Positions 8,964-18,255 of a stretch of DNA of 64,000 nt are shown one piece after another (positions within the stretch are counted from its first letter, which is position 1; every line of letters begins with the position of its first letter). The position numbers and the translations under genes are program-made. The notes under the pieces are model-generated. The model was not told where the DNA came from and made no database searches. It saw only the letters and a list, made by a program, of their open reading frames with translations. The DNA is taken from the sequence record MK514281.1; one strand, 5' to 3'.

Positions 8964-11339
8964 ATGAATTTAAATGTGGACTATACAATTTACGTGGATA
9001 ACACCAAGAAGCTTATCCGCACAATGGTCATTAATTCGGCTCAATCAGCTAATATAATTAACGGCCGTATGGATGGCTTGGGGTACGGTCGTGACATCTA
9101 CGACAAGAGTACCTGGAAGTACTACATGAACATGGCCGGGATCTACCATCCGTCCAATGACCCGATGCAGGTGAAGTCACTCGATAACGGTCAACTCATC
9201 GACTTTACCCGTGAGAACATGGAGATCCATGTCAGCACCAAACGCAGCTACCAGTACGGCACCGACTATTATAAAGCCCTGGTTGCGCAGTACCCGTATC
9301 AGATTGCGTTGATCAAGGGGATCTTAAACCCAATTGATCTCAGTGTCTCGACCACCGCCGAGGACTGGCAGATCCTCTATTACGATAAGACGCTGGTAGA
9401 AGACGGTGAAGAGAACCTGATCCCCCGTTTCCAGGAGTGGGTCAACACCCTGATCACCCAGACCTATCTGCCGGACTATGTCTACATCACCGAAGATCTG
9501 ATGCACCACTTCTATCTTTCCTTAATTGGTGGTTTTGGTCCTGGTGTGATCCTGGGGATTCGCTTAGAGAACATCAAGACCAACCGGGCACACAGTTTCC
9601 ATATCTGGTCGCATATTCTGTCGCATGCTGATATTGAGCAGTATCGCCCGTACCTGAACCGCAAACAGATCCTCTATCTGTATCGCAACATTGTGTGGCA
9701 TACCCGCAACCCAGGTGCACAATACTCCTTCCAGAAGATGATCGATGCCTTCTTAACGGAACGCCGCATCCCATTACAGTCGTACAACGCCCAGCACAAC
9801 ACCTCGAGCATTCTGACCAAGATTAAACCCGAGGTGGAGTTCAAGCGTGAACTGCTGAACATGCAAGATGCGATCGCCAATGTGAACTATGTGCGTAGTA
9901 CCCGTGAGATCCTGGAAGATGAAGTGCCGCTGGCGAAGAACAACGCCGACGTGTACGAAGACCGGATCGGGGAAGTCATTCAGGATGTCGGGACCAACCG
10001 CAACAGTAACCTCCCGACCAAAGTGCTGGAATCCAACATGCGGGATCTGTCTGACTCGCTGCCGTTCTCACACTCCCTGACATTACTGAACGAATGGGTG
10101 CGGTTGTCCTCTACGGGCATGTATACCGCGGTGATCACCACTACCAACCCCAATACCGGGCTGACCATGACCATGACGGTAAAGGAAGCGTTTATCCTTT
10201 ATCTGTACGGTGTCTGGCAAAGTCACGGAGTTAACTTGGAGACGATCCCAACCTTCCGTGCCAACATGGTAATGAAGATCCCTCGGCCGCAGTTTGCGTT
10301 CTTAAAAGCCCAATACGGCTCGCAGCACGTCACCGACGAGTTCATCAAATACGCCCTGAATCTTTGTCCGGATATCCCGGCGATCATCTCGACAGAAACC
10401 TTCTATGCGAAGACGCTTGAGATTAATGCCGCGACCCAACTGCACCGGGATCTGTACAGCTACCGTAACCACTATCATGCACGGGCAGAATTCGAAGCCC
10501 TGGCCTTTGGTTTCTACCAGGATCAGGATTGCGACATCAACTCCGGCATGACTTATAAGGAATTCTTCAAACAGAAGGGGTGGGACTTCACTGACTTACC
10601 GCCGGAAGAGTGGGTGGTGTTCGCCAACAAGGTCTCCTCGATTGCCACCGGGTTGGATACGGCTAACCAGCAGAAGCTCGCGGATATTCAGCAAGCCATG
10701 TTGGGCCTGACCATGCAGCTGTCCAGTTACACCATTCAAGTGATCAGGAAGATCAATGAAGAAGCGGTGGTGATGCTTGACTGGCCAACCTTGCGCGGGG
10801 GTGACATGCACATGAAGGTCTATCAACAGTGGCACTTGGTGGATAACCCTGTGCGACCGATCGATACCCACATGCGTGAGAAGAAGACTTACAACCTGAT
10901 CCACGACTTCCCGAAAGGCCATAACTCGGTAGAGCGCAGCTGGCGCTTCTATATCGACACCGCACGGCAGTTAAGTAGTCAGGGAATCAACTCCCGTTAC
11001 AACTATTTAAACGGCGCACGTATGCGGCTGTGGACGGCTGACGATGCGGCGGGTACCGAGAACGAGTTTGACCAGCAGATGACCGTGAAAGATCTGCAAG
11101 GTCTCTGGATTGACCCGTACGGCGATGCCCGTCCGCCGGCTGACTTCAGTGCAGAAGTGTTGAACGGATTGTGGACTGATCCGTTACCCGGGATTGCACC
11201 AATCGTTAGTAGCTTGGGTGGGTTGTGGATCGATGGTCCAAAGAGCAGTGGTTTTGATGAGGATCTCAACGGGCTGCATGCTGAAGTCCCTGCGGCATTA
11301 CAAGCCTTACGCAATACCCCGGGTGATAGCGCCACGTAA
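8964..11339 (+). CDS. Virion structural protein (phiKZ gp128-like, probable baseplate component)
   Basis: GGGAG RBS before ATG 8964; motif WKYYMNMAGIYHPSNDPMQVKSLD; synteny with the portal. Confidence 0.75.
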   Translation: MNLNVDYTIYVDNTKKLIRTMVINSAQSANIINGRMDGLGYGRDIYDKSTWKYYMNMAGIYHPSNDPMQVKSLDNGQLIDFTRENMEIHVSTKRSYQYGTDYYKALVAQYPYQIALIKGILNPIDLSVSTTAEDWQILYYDKTLVEDGEENLIPRFQEWVNTLITQTYLPDYVYITEDLMHHFYLSLIGGFGPGVILGIRLENIKTNRAHSFHIWSHILSHADIEQYRPYLNRKQILYLYRNIVWHTRNPGAQYSFQKMIDAFLTERRIPLQSYNAQHNTSSILTKIKPEVEFKRELLNMQDAIANVNYVRSTREILEDEVPLAKNNADVYEDRIGEVIQDVGTNRNSNLPTKVLESNMRDLSDSLPFSHSLTLLNEWVRLSSTGMYTAVITTTNPNTGLTMTMTVKEAFILYLYGVWQSHGVNLETIPTFRANMVMKIPRPQFAFLKAQYGSQHVTDEFIKYALNLCPDIPAIISTETFYAKTLEINAATQLHRDLYSYRNHYHARAEFEALAFGFYQDQDCDINSGMTYKEFFKQKGWDFTDLPPEEWVVFANKVSSIATGLDTANQQKLADIQQAMLGLTMQLSSYTIQVIRKINEEAVVMLDWPTLRGGDMHMKVYQQWHLVDNPVRPIDTHMREKKTYNLIHDFPKGHNSVERSWRFYIDTARQLSSQGINSRYNYLNGARMRLWTADDAAGTENEFDQQMTVKDLQGLWIDPYGDARPPADFSAEVLNGLWTDPLPGIAPIVSSLGGLWIDGPKSSGFDEDLNGLHAEVPAALQALRNTPGDSAT

Positions 11340-11340
11340 C

Positions 11341-11372
11341 CGGCATAATGAGGGGTCGTCACTGACCCCTCA
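11341..11372 (-). terminator. Hairpin + TATGCC element oriented on the minus strand
   Basis: CGGCATAA precedes TGAGGGGTC-GTCACT-GACCCCTCA, i.e. hairpin followed by TTATGCCG on the minus strand. Confidence 0.6.
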
Positions 11373-11418
11373 AAAGTAATCCTATGTTTACACCACCTCT
11401 ACGCCTAAGGAGAACCAC

Positions 11419-12294
11419 GTGCCTGCTAATCAGCCGATTCACGGTGAGGGTGACTATGTTGTAGACGTCGCATTGAGCTCTGCTGAGTTAGTGTATGGTT
11501 TGATTAACCATGACAACAACACAGACTACACCTCATTGACGTTACGGTTAGGAACCCCGACTGTAAATACCAATGCACAGCACGATCGTAATACCCGTAT
11601 CTTTGCCCAAACTCGTCCAGGCGCGCCGAAGCAGGGGTCAACGTATTTCTATTATGATCGTATTTCGCTGGCCTACTACCTGCAAAACTACCCTGACCTG
11701 GAAGTCGACATCACCGATGACATGCTCACCATGCGTGATCTGATTCCGTGGATGAACCAGACCTTTGGATTAGGGTTGGTTGCTGAAGATGTCCGGGCCG
11801 ATTTAATTGACCGTACCCCGAACGCTGAAAACCGCTTTGCGATGTCAGCTGCCTCCATGGCCTGGCAGGATTCGATCGTCTTAAAGATCAACATCCCACC
11901 GGTGGATATTGCCACCTTGACCGGTGACTCGGTCTTTGATGCCATCGAAGTGGTGTCAGAACACCCCCGCACTTACGGTCAGCTGTATGGCTACCAGGTC
12001 GACACCTCTGGCATGGCGGCGTTACTGACCGGCCTGCCAATTGGTAAGCTGAGTAATCTCAATGGTGAGAACCTCACGCAAGCATTGTCCACTGCTACTT
12101 CTGACTATTGGGCTTTCGATGCAACTCCAGTTGTCCGTAACCTCTATGGTGCTACTGTGCGCTTTAATGGTCGCAGTACTGACCAGGCCGTGTACCCCAC
12201 TAAACCAGACAACGCGTACATGGTAATCGTGGATATTGTTGAGAGCGAATGCCTGGAGTTCGAAGGCCCGTTGGTTCTCTACTACACCCGTTAA
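11419..12294 (+). CDS. Putative virion structural protein, paralogue 1 of a roughly 280-aa family
   Basis: GTG start with AGGAG RBS; shares F/Y-x-Y-x-R, L-x-x-x-(F/Y)GL-x-L and (N/S)LxxAxVx(F/Y)NG motifs with the 12310 and 14040 ORFs. Confidence 0.65.
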   Translation: MPANQPIHGEGDYVVDVALSSAELVYGLINHDNNTDYTSLTLRLGTPTVNTNAQHDRNTRIFAQTRPGAPKQGSTYFYYDRISLAYYLQNYPDLEVDITDDMLTMRDLIPWMNQTFGLGLVAEDVRADLIDRTPNAENRFAMSAASMAWQDSIVLKINIPPVDIATLTGDSVFDAIEVVSEHPRTYGQLYGYQVDTSGMAALLTGLPIGKLSNLNGENLTQALSTATSDYWAFDATPVVRNLYGATVRFNGRSTDQAVYPTKPDNAYMVIVDIVESECLEFEGPLVLYYTR

Positions 12295-12309
12295 CCGAGG
12301 AATCGCATT

Positions 12310-13128
12310 ATGTTACAACGCATTCTGCAAAAGACGGCTAACGAGATTATCGTTGAACCGTTTAACCTGGCTTTTAACACCAACTTAAAAGCTGCCAATT
12401 TTGAGCTGAAGGATGTCGGCCCTGCAACCGGTGGAAAAGATACCCAAGCCACCTTGTCGGTGATCGACACCACCTCCGGGTATAAAGGTGAGCGTCCGTT
12501 CACCTATGACCGTCTGGATGCCACAGAACTCTTTTACGGTGTGCCGAAGTTCTTCCCAATGGGTTCGGCTGACATTGATGAATACTCTGTCGTTGGGATG
12601 ATGGCCTTACGTTATGGTCTGAAGCTTGACATCAACCATATCGCTAACGTCGCCATCACTGCCGGTAAAGCCGTGGTAACGTTTGCAGATTCATCCCCGA
12701 TCATTAAAGGCAGCGTGCAGTTTGACTTCTACGATGAAGCCATCGATTTGGAAGAACTGATTGCTGACCCAGAAATCGGCGTGCTGGAGATGCCAGAGCG
12801 TACTGAGAAGCCGAACGTGACGTATTACAGTTACGCGTATGACATGACGTACTGCAAAGCGTTTGTTCCGGGTATGGCGGTGGGTTCACTGGCAACACAG
12901 GAACTGGCCGCCGCAGTAGCGAACATCACCGGTGATCCGTGGGTGCTGGCAGACGGCACGACCACTGAATACAACCTGGCCGGTGCCGAGCTTGTCTACA
13001 ACGGCAACACCACCACTGCGAATGCCCAGGGCTATCCCGTCAATGACGAATACGCCATGGTGGCTTTGTTTAAATTAACAGATTCATGTAATAATTTTAG
13101 TGGTCTGCTAATGGTTAACATGAACTAA
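12310..13128 (+). CDS. Putative virion structural protein, paralogue 2
   Basis: GAGG RBS; FTYDRLDA, RYGLKLD, NLAGAELVYNG. Confidence 0.65.
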   Translation: MLQRILQKTANEIIVEPFNLAFNTNLKAANFELKDVGPATGGKDTQATLSVIDTTSGYKGERPFTYDRLDATELFYGVPKFFPMGSADIDEYSVVGMMALRYGLKLDINHIANVAITAGKAVVTFADSSPIIKGSVQFDFYDEAIDLEELIADPEIGVLEMPERTEKPNVTYYSYAYDMTYCKAFVPGMAVGSLATQELAAAVANITGDPWVLADGTTTEYNLAGAELVYNGNTTTANAQGYPVNDEYAMVALFKLTDSCNNFSGLLMVNMN

Positions 13129-13148
13129 TCTGTTGAAAAGGAACAATA

Positions 13149-14024
13149 ATGAAACGTAATGTCAGATCGCATGCAGGGAACATGTTGCAGGTCGCCCAGA
13201 TGTTGGGGATTGCACATGTGGTTCAGGAGCACACCACACTGAATGAAAAGTTCAATGTGCTACCTGATCAGATCCCGCAGACCGGTCGCCCTAACATGCA
13301 GTACTTCTGCATTGGCTTTGGCGGACACAAAGGTATTCTCGGTAAGAACAATACCTTCCTGTCCACATCGATCGACCACTACCCGGATCATGCAGCGCTT
13401 TATAAACACATCCCGTTTGTGTTGCGTGAGATCGGTAATGACCTCACTGCAGATCAGCGCGCGAAGTATCGTCTGCGCAGCATCATCACGCTGGATGATG
13501 GCAGTCGCTATATCGCCTATTACCTGAAGAAGATCGAACTCAGTAATGTGGTGGTGCGTTCTCAAAAGAACACACGCGATGAAGCCGGTTTAATCACCAC
13601 CTCTGACTATGTGCCGGATGCCTCGGTACTGAACCCACAACAACCTGAACTCAACACCAACAACATCGACCAGGTAGTCACCTCCACGACCTTCTTGTCA
13701 GCCAACGCTGAACTGGATCTGTCGCTGAATGAGCTTGACTGTTCAGAGCTGCTCGATGTCGCCCGCATCCTTTATAAAGATGAAGCGTATGCCCTGGTGT
13801 CGGAGTACGGTTTGGTGGCGGGTATCGATGTCCCTGCTCAGGGTTCAACCGGTGCTGGCGGAACCATTCAGTATACTGAAGTGGTGGCGGCACAGATCGT
13901 GGACTTCATGACCAACCGTGGCTCAGGTGCGGATGATGACGATAAAGGCATCACCTGTCTGGTCAACTACGGTGCTACTGAGCCGCTGTTAGCTGACAGT
14001 GGTGCAAACGCAACAACCGTCTAA
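13149..14024 (+). CDS. Virion structural protein (phiKZ gp139-like)
   Basis: Motif HTTLNEKFNVLP...MQYFCIGFGGH and HIPFVLRE...RAKYRLR, as recalled for this family. Confidence 0.7.
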   Translation: MKRNVRSHAGNMLQVAQMLGIAHVVQEHTTLNEKFNVLPDQIPQTGRPNMQYFCIGFGGHKGILGKNNTFLSTSIDHYPDHAALYKHIPFVLREIGNDLTADQRAKYRLRSIITLDDGSRYIAYYLKKIELSNVVVRSQKNTRDEAGLITTSDYVPDASVLNPQQPELNTNNIDQVVTSTTFLSANAELDLSLNELDCSELLDVARILYKDEAYALVSEYGLVAGIDVPAQGSTGAGGTIQYTEVVAAQIVDFMTNRGSGADDDDKGITCLVNYGATEPLLADSGANATTV

Positions 14025-14039
14025 TGACACGGGGGTGAC

Positions 14040-14909
14040 ATGAACATTCTGGGTAAAGATCCACAACAGTTGATCAAAGAACTCGCTGCCGGTCACAACA
14101 ATGTCACGTTGGTGCCAGGGGCGACGAAAGTGGTTAACTTTCAAAACCTGGCTGGTACGGTTGGTATTGACGCACAGGCGGATATTGTCCCGGCTGACCC
14201 GACCGTCTATTACCGTAAGAAGACCATCCAGTTTGGCAAGATCGATCTGTCCAAGCATTGGTTGAATCAGCGGCTGACGATCCCACTGCAGGCGAACTCA
14301 ACCAGCCACAGCATCTTACCGCAACTGATCAAACGTTATGGTCTGAAACTGTCCACCGATGATCTGGTGCTGACCACGGTAGATACCAGTAAAGATATCT
14401 GGGAATTACCGATTCGGGTGAAAGCCACCTCGTGGGTCTTTAAGAACACGCTGGACAACATTATCGTCTACGCCACCGATGTCAGCACTGATCTGCAGTA
14501 TGTGATCAAACGCCCATCGTTGACTGGGCTGGCGTATCCTTCTGCCGATACCACCAAGATGCAAGGCCCGCTGTTAAGCTACGGTATGCATTACAGTGTG
14601 TATACCGGACAGAACGAAGCGCTTAGAAATGCGAAGGTCGGTTACAAGATGATTGTAGCCTCTGACGACGACTGGGCGATTGCGGATCTGCTGTCGGACT
14701 ACACGGGTCTGGCTTGGTCGTTTAAACAGACTGGACCAAGCCTGTACAATGCCGAAGTGGTGTATAATGGTGTTGCAACGAATGTGCCAAGCACCTATTC
14801 CCATCTTGATCGCAGTAGTGCCACGAACTTCTTAATTCTGAAGCTCAGTGGTGTTGGTGATGTGGGCGGGTATGTGGCTATTGGTTATACGATCGAAGTT
14901 GATCCGTAG
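14040..14909 (+). CDS. Putative virion structural protein, paralogue 3
   Basis: QFGKIDLS, KRYGLKLSTDDL, SLYNAEVVYNG. Confidence 0.65.
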   Translation: MNILGKDPQQLIKELAAGHNNVTLVPGATKVVNFQNLAGTVGIDAQADIVPADPTVYYRKKTIQFGKIDLSKHWLNQRLTIPLQANSTSHSILPQLIKRYGLKLSTDDLVLTTVDTSKDIWELPIRVKATSWVFKNTLDNIIVYATDVSTDLQYVIKRPSLTGLAYPSADTTKMQGPLLSYGMHYSVYTGQNEALRNAKVGYKMIVASDDDWAIADLLSDYTGLAWSFKQTGPSLYNAEVVYNGVATNVPSTYSHLDRSSATNFLILKLSGVGDVGGYVAIGYTIEVDP

Positions 14910-14958
14910 CAGTGTATAAATGAAGGGTGGGGCTTCGGCTCTACCCTTAGGGAGTCTT

Positions 14959-15564
14959 ATGATGGTGTTGCAAGATGGACGCCCGGTGGAAGAGTTACTG
15001 CAGGTCTCCATTGACCCCGGAACTGATACCGTCGGTGTTACGTTATTGGGATTGCATCCGATCACCCTTGAGATGACCTGGAAGGAATCCTTTACGTTGT
15101 ATGGATCATTGCTTAATTACCGCTCAGAGCTCGTGTTCCAGGAAGACCGGAACCGCGATGCACGTTTAAAGGGCCTCACTGATGCCCTGCTGCGTTATCT
15201 CTGTACGGTGCGGCCTCACGTAGTGGTGTTTGAAGATAACTTCTTACGTCACTCCCCACAGGCCTTTAAAGCACTGATCGAATCGGTGGAAGCCATTAAG
15301 CGTGCAGTCTGGGGGTATAACCCATACTTACCGTTCTATGAGATCTCGCCGATGCAGGCGAAAGGTGCCGTGAATGCGATTGCTCCTCGCGGACAAAAAC
15401 ATGATAAGGAGCTAGTGCGTAAGGGACTGATGAACTATCCACGTTTACAAATCCCTCATGCTGTTTTGCAGACACTCTCTGAGCACGCAGTTGACTCCGT
15501 CGCCATCGGCATCTACGGCCTGGAACAATTGTCGCTCGCATTGAGTGCTGCTCATTGGAGATAA
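14959..15564 (+). CDS. ruvC: RuvC-like Holliday junction resolvase
   Basis: RNase H-fold motifs VSIDPGTDTVGV, VVVFEDNF, ISPMQAKGAV, EHAVDSVAIG; GGGAG RBS before ATG 14959. Confidence 0.8.
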   Translation: MMVLQDGRPVEELLQVSIDPGTDTVGVTLLGLHPITLEMTWKESFTLYGSLLNYRSELVFQEDRNRDARLKGLTDALLRYLCTVRPHVVVFEDNFLRHSPQAFKALIESVEAIKRAVWGYNPYLPFYEISPMQAKGAVNAIAPRGQKHDKELVRKGLMNYPRLQIPHAVLQTLSEHAVDSVAIGIYGLEQLSLALSAAHWR

Positions 15565-15565
15565 A

Positions 15566-16075
15566 ATGACTACGCAGGCTACTGAAGAAGAGAAGGTGGA
15601 AGTGCCGGCATCGAGTCTGGTTGAGCCAGTGATCGAGTCGGTACACCCGCCGGTTGTCCGGGCAATGAACTTTGCCGGGGTATTGGCTGTCCTCACCACC
15701 TGTTTGTGTGCCATTGCCTTCTTTGCCAACATGTCAATCCATGTCTGGCGAAACGGGTCATGGCCACCGAACGTAGGTGCGGTGATCGTGGCGGTGGTAT
15801 TGATCGGTCCTGTCTTAACCGCCTGGCAGTTCATGGGTGTGCGCAAAATCCTAACCTCATTACTTTCAAACGAGAATGGCCTGGGGTTAGGCGGAATTGC
15901 GAAAGAGGTCGTAGCCCGTCGTATGGGGTTTCAATACCAACCGACTCAGCCAATGACTAGCCAGCAGGTGCAACAGAACTATCCGTCGCATCAACCGCCG
16001 GTGGAATACCCCACACCACCCGAGGGGTATGCACAGAACGTCCCGCCCGTACCACCAGGTGAGAATGCACGATGA
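15566..16075 (+). CDS. Two-TM membrane protein, holin candidate
   Basis: Hydrophobic segments FAGVLAVLTTCLCAIAFFA and VGAVIVAVVLIGPVLTAW, then a Pro/Gln-rich tail; adjacent to the spanins. Confidence 0.55.
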   Translation: MTTQATEEEKVEVPASSLVEPVIESVHPPVVRAMNFAGVLAVLTTCLCAIAFFANMSIHVWRNGSWPPNVGAVIVAVVLIGPVLTAWQFMGVRKILTSLLSNENGLGLGGIAKEVVARRMGFQYQPTQPMTSQQVQQNYPSHQPPVEYPTPPEGYAQNVPPVPPGENAR

Positions 16076-16096
16076 ATAGCACCGAACTGATTTAAT

Positions 16097-16150
16097 CAGC
16101 ATAAAGACAGAGAGCTTCCTTGCGGAGGCCCTCTGTCTTGTTTATGCCGG
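16097..16150. terminator. Bidirectional hairpin between convergent genes
   Basis: CAGCATA-AAGACAGAG...CTCTGTCTT-GTTTATGCCGG. Confidence 0.8.
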
Positions 16151-16156
16151 TTAAGG

Positions 16157-16660
16157 TTATTTCGTCGATCCCGTAGGGGGATTAACTTTCAGGTTGTTCA
16201 ACTGTTTTATTGCAGTGAGCAGACCAGTGGTGTATTCCTGGAGTTTGGTCAGACGACGAGCAGTGTCATCCGCTTCTGCCCCAATGTTAATTAAGAACTG
16301 ACTGTCTTCAGGTGGAAAGTACAGGTACTCATCATCTTCAAGTACACTGGTGACTTTATAGTTTACATCAGGCAAAGGTGCAATCGCTGCCGTTGAGGTA
16401 GTTGGAGCGCCCGCTGGAACACCTACAGTTGCAGGCACGTCAGCATCACTCGTACTACCAAAGCGGTCAATGATTCGCTTTTGCACCGTCGGAGCCGCGG
16501 GTCGCATCAGGGGAGCTGGCGGCTCCTGGACTTGCAATACCGTTTGCTCCAGCAACGTTCCGGTAAGGGATGGTGACGGGGGCGCTTGGTTTCTTGATCC
16601 GCAACCGGAAAGAACCATCACTAACAGCCCCAAGCAAGTTCCCAGTAGTAGCTTGCGCAT
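16157..16660 (-). CDS. Rz1: o-spanin (Rz1-like outer-membrane lipoprotein)
   Basis: MRKLLLGTCLGLLVMVLSG-C lipobox, Pro-rich mature region, AAGGAG RBS; overlaps the 3' end of the i-spanin in another frame. Confidence 0.8.
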   Translation of the reverse strand: MRKLLLGTCLGLLVMVLSGCGSRNQAPPSPSLTGTLLEQTVLQVQEPPAPLMRPAAPTVQKRIIDRFGSTSDADVPATVGVPAGAPTTSTAAIAPLPDVNYKVTSVLEDDEYLYFPPEDSQFLINIGAEADDTARRLTKLQEYTTGLLTAIKQLNNLKVNPPTGSTK

Positions 16661-16931
16661 CCTGTGACTCCTTATCATATTCAGAACTGATTCGTTGAGT
16701 CAGCGCCATCTGTTGTTGCTGGATGTCTCTCGTCTGCTCCCCGAGGACCTTTAGTTGATTAACAGATTCGCCTATCGATTCAATCTGTTTCGACATTTGT
16801 TTCTGTTGTTCACCAAGCGTGGCAACCGACGTCGCTGTTGACCACAGAAAATAGACAACGAAGCCTACCACTGCGATGACAAGTACGACTTTGAAGTTTT
16901 TAAGAAATAGTTCTTTCAGCAGAATCCACAT
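16467..16931 (-). CDS. Rz: i-spanin (Rz-like)
   Basis: Single N-terminal TM segment, coiled coil, and the Rz-typical LLGAVSDGSFRLRIK segment. Confidence 0.8.
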   Translation of the reverse strand: MWILLKELFLKNFKVVLVIAVVGFVVYFLWSTATSVATLGEQQKQMSKQIESIGESVNQLKVLGEQTRDIQQQQMALTQRISSEYDKESQDAQATTGNLLGAVSDGSFRLRIKKPSAPVTIPYRNVAGANGIASPGAASSPDATRGSDGAKANH

Positions 16932-16940
16932 AAGTCGACC

Positions 16941-18170
16941 TTAATAGGTAGAGATCTTCAACCACCAGGCTTTGGCAAAGACCCAGGGTTTGGGCATCAG
17001 CCCATAGTCTGTGACAATGTCTTCGTTACGGTACTGGATGGTTGTGTTAAGGGCGAATCGCCGACGATGGTGTAAGGTAAGTAACCGAGAGCGTCCCTCG
17101 CCCGGGCGTAGCAAAGGCTCCGCCATCACCCCGTTGTTCAGCTGAATGGGGATACGAGTGTTATCGGGCACGGTGAACATACCAGGCCATTTATGTGTCT
17201 CCAGGGGAATCTGCTCCACTTCTAAGAGCGGATTGTCAAACACCACCCAAAAACTGGTAGATAAGAGCAGCCAGGCTTTATAGAAGTCATCCTTCTGGTA
17301 ATCACCCTTGCTCATGATCCGAGGCGAGTCAGGATTGATATTGGCCGGAATGCTAGATAGGTCTATGAATTCGCGGTCATAGAAATAGCGATCAACCCAG
17401 TCAATATACACCGTTGACAAACTGACCAGGCCTTCTCCGAGGATAGAGATGACTTCATCCTGCCAATAGAAGATCCCACCGATCACAATCCCGACGGATT
17501 TACCCTGGGTGCTAAACGGTGGCGACATCAGGATCTTCTGCCGATAGGGGTTCAGTTCATCTGAAGGCTGGAGCTGGTCCGCGGTGATGGAGTAACACTT
17601 CAGGGTGCTGACATTATGAAAGCTCAATACGCCTGATTTCACATCGTTGCTGACTTTGGCATTTTTACACGCATCTAACAGATAGATGCCGTCATCGGAT
17701 AGCGAGCTGCGGTGCAGGTAGCCGTTCACGGTAAACAATGCACAGTTAAATAATGTCGGGTAGTCCACTCCTTCTTTCATTAAGATGACATCATTAGCGT
17801 CCGCATAGCTAAAGTCACGTTTCAGGGATGAGGTGATGTTGGTCGGTTTTTGGGTAAACCACCATTCATTGAGATTGTTAAATAGCGCAGACTTCTTGGT
17901 GAGATTAGGCAGCGTCGTTGAGGTGGTCAACGCCCGGTTACCGAGCGAGGCTAACCACTGTACCAACGTACCGTTGAAAGCACTCACTTCATTATAATAA
18001 TCCTGCAGAACCAGACAGACGTTCTTCTTTAGAAAGGGTGACGATAATATGACCCGGTTTTCAGAATAGGTCTGCAACACCGTTTTGAGCTGCATGGATG
18101 AAATATCGTCAGCAACTAACTTCGGGCGCTTGCCCACGGTTTTGGAAATACAGGCAACGTAGTTATACAT
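16941..18170 (-). CDS. Conserved jumbo-phage virion structural protein
   Basis: 409 aa; motif CALFTVNGYLHRS typical of phiKZ-like virion proteins (recalled); position next to the fibre genes. Confidence 0.6.
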   Translation of the reverse strand: MYNYVACISKTVGKRPKLVADDISSMQLKTVLQTYSENRVILSSPFLKKNVCLVLQDYYNEVSAFNGTLVQWLASLGNRALTTSTTLPNLTKKSALFNNLNEWWFTQKPTNITSSLKRDFSYADANDVILMKEGVDYPTLFNCALFTVNGYLHRSSLSDDGIYLLDACKNAKVSNDVKSGVLSFHNVSTLKCYSITADQLQPSDELNPYRQKILMSPPFSTQGKSVGIVIGGIFYWQDEVISILGEGLVSLSTVYIDWVDRYFYDREFIDLSSIPANINPDSPRIMSKGDYQKDDFYKAWLLLSTSFWVVFDNPLLEVEQIPLETHKWPGMFTVPDNTRIPIQLNNGVMAEPLLRPGEGRSRLLTLHHRRRFALNTTIQYRNEDIVTDYGLMPKPWVFAKAWWLKISTY

Positions 18171-18255
18171 GCGCTCCGCCCTTAGTTTGAAAAATCAATC
18201 ATATGTGCTCGTTACTTAAACATACCTAAGCTATAAAATTACTTTGGAGACCGAC

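Noticed and set aside
18200-18205. CATATG as a bidirectional TATG late promoter between divergent virion genes
   Set aside because: Plausible, but a 4-nt core is too short to support without TSS data
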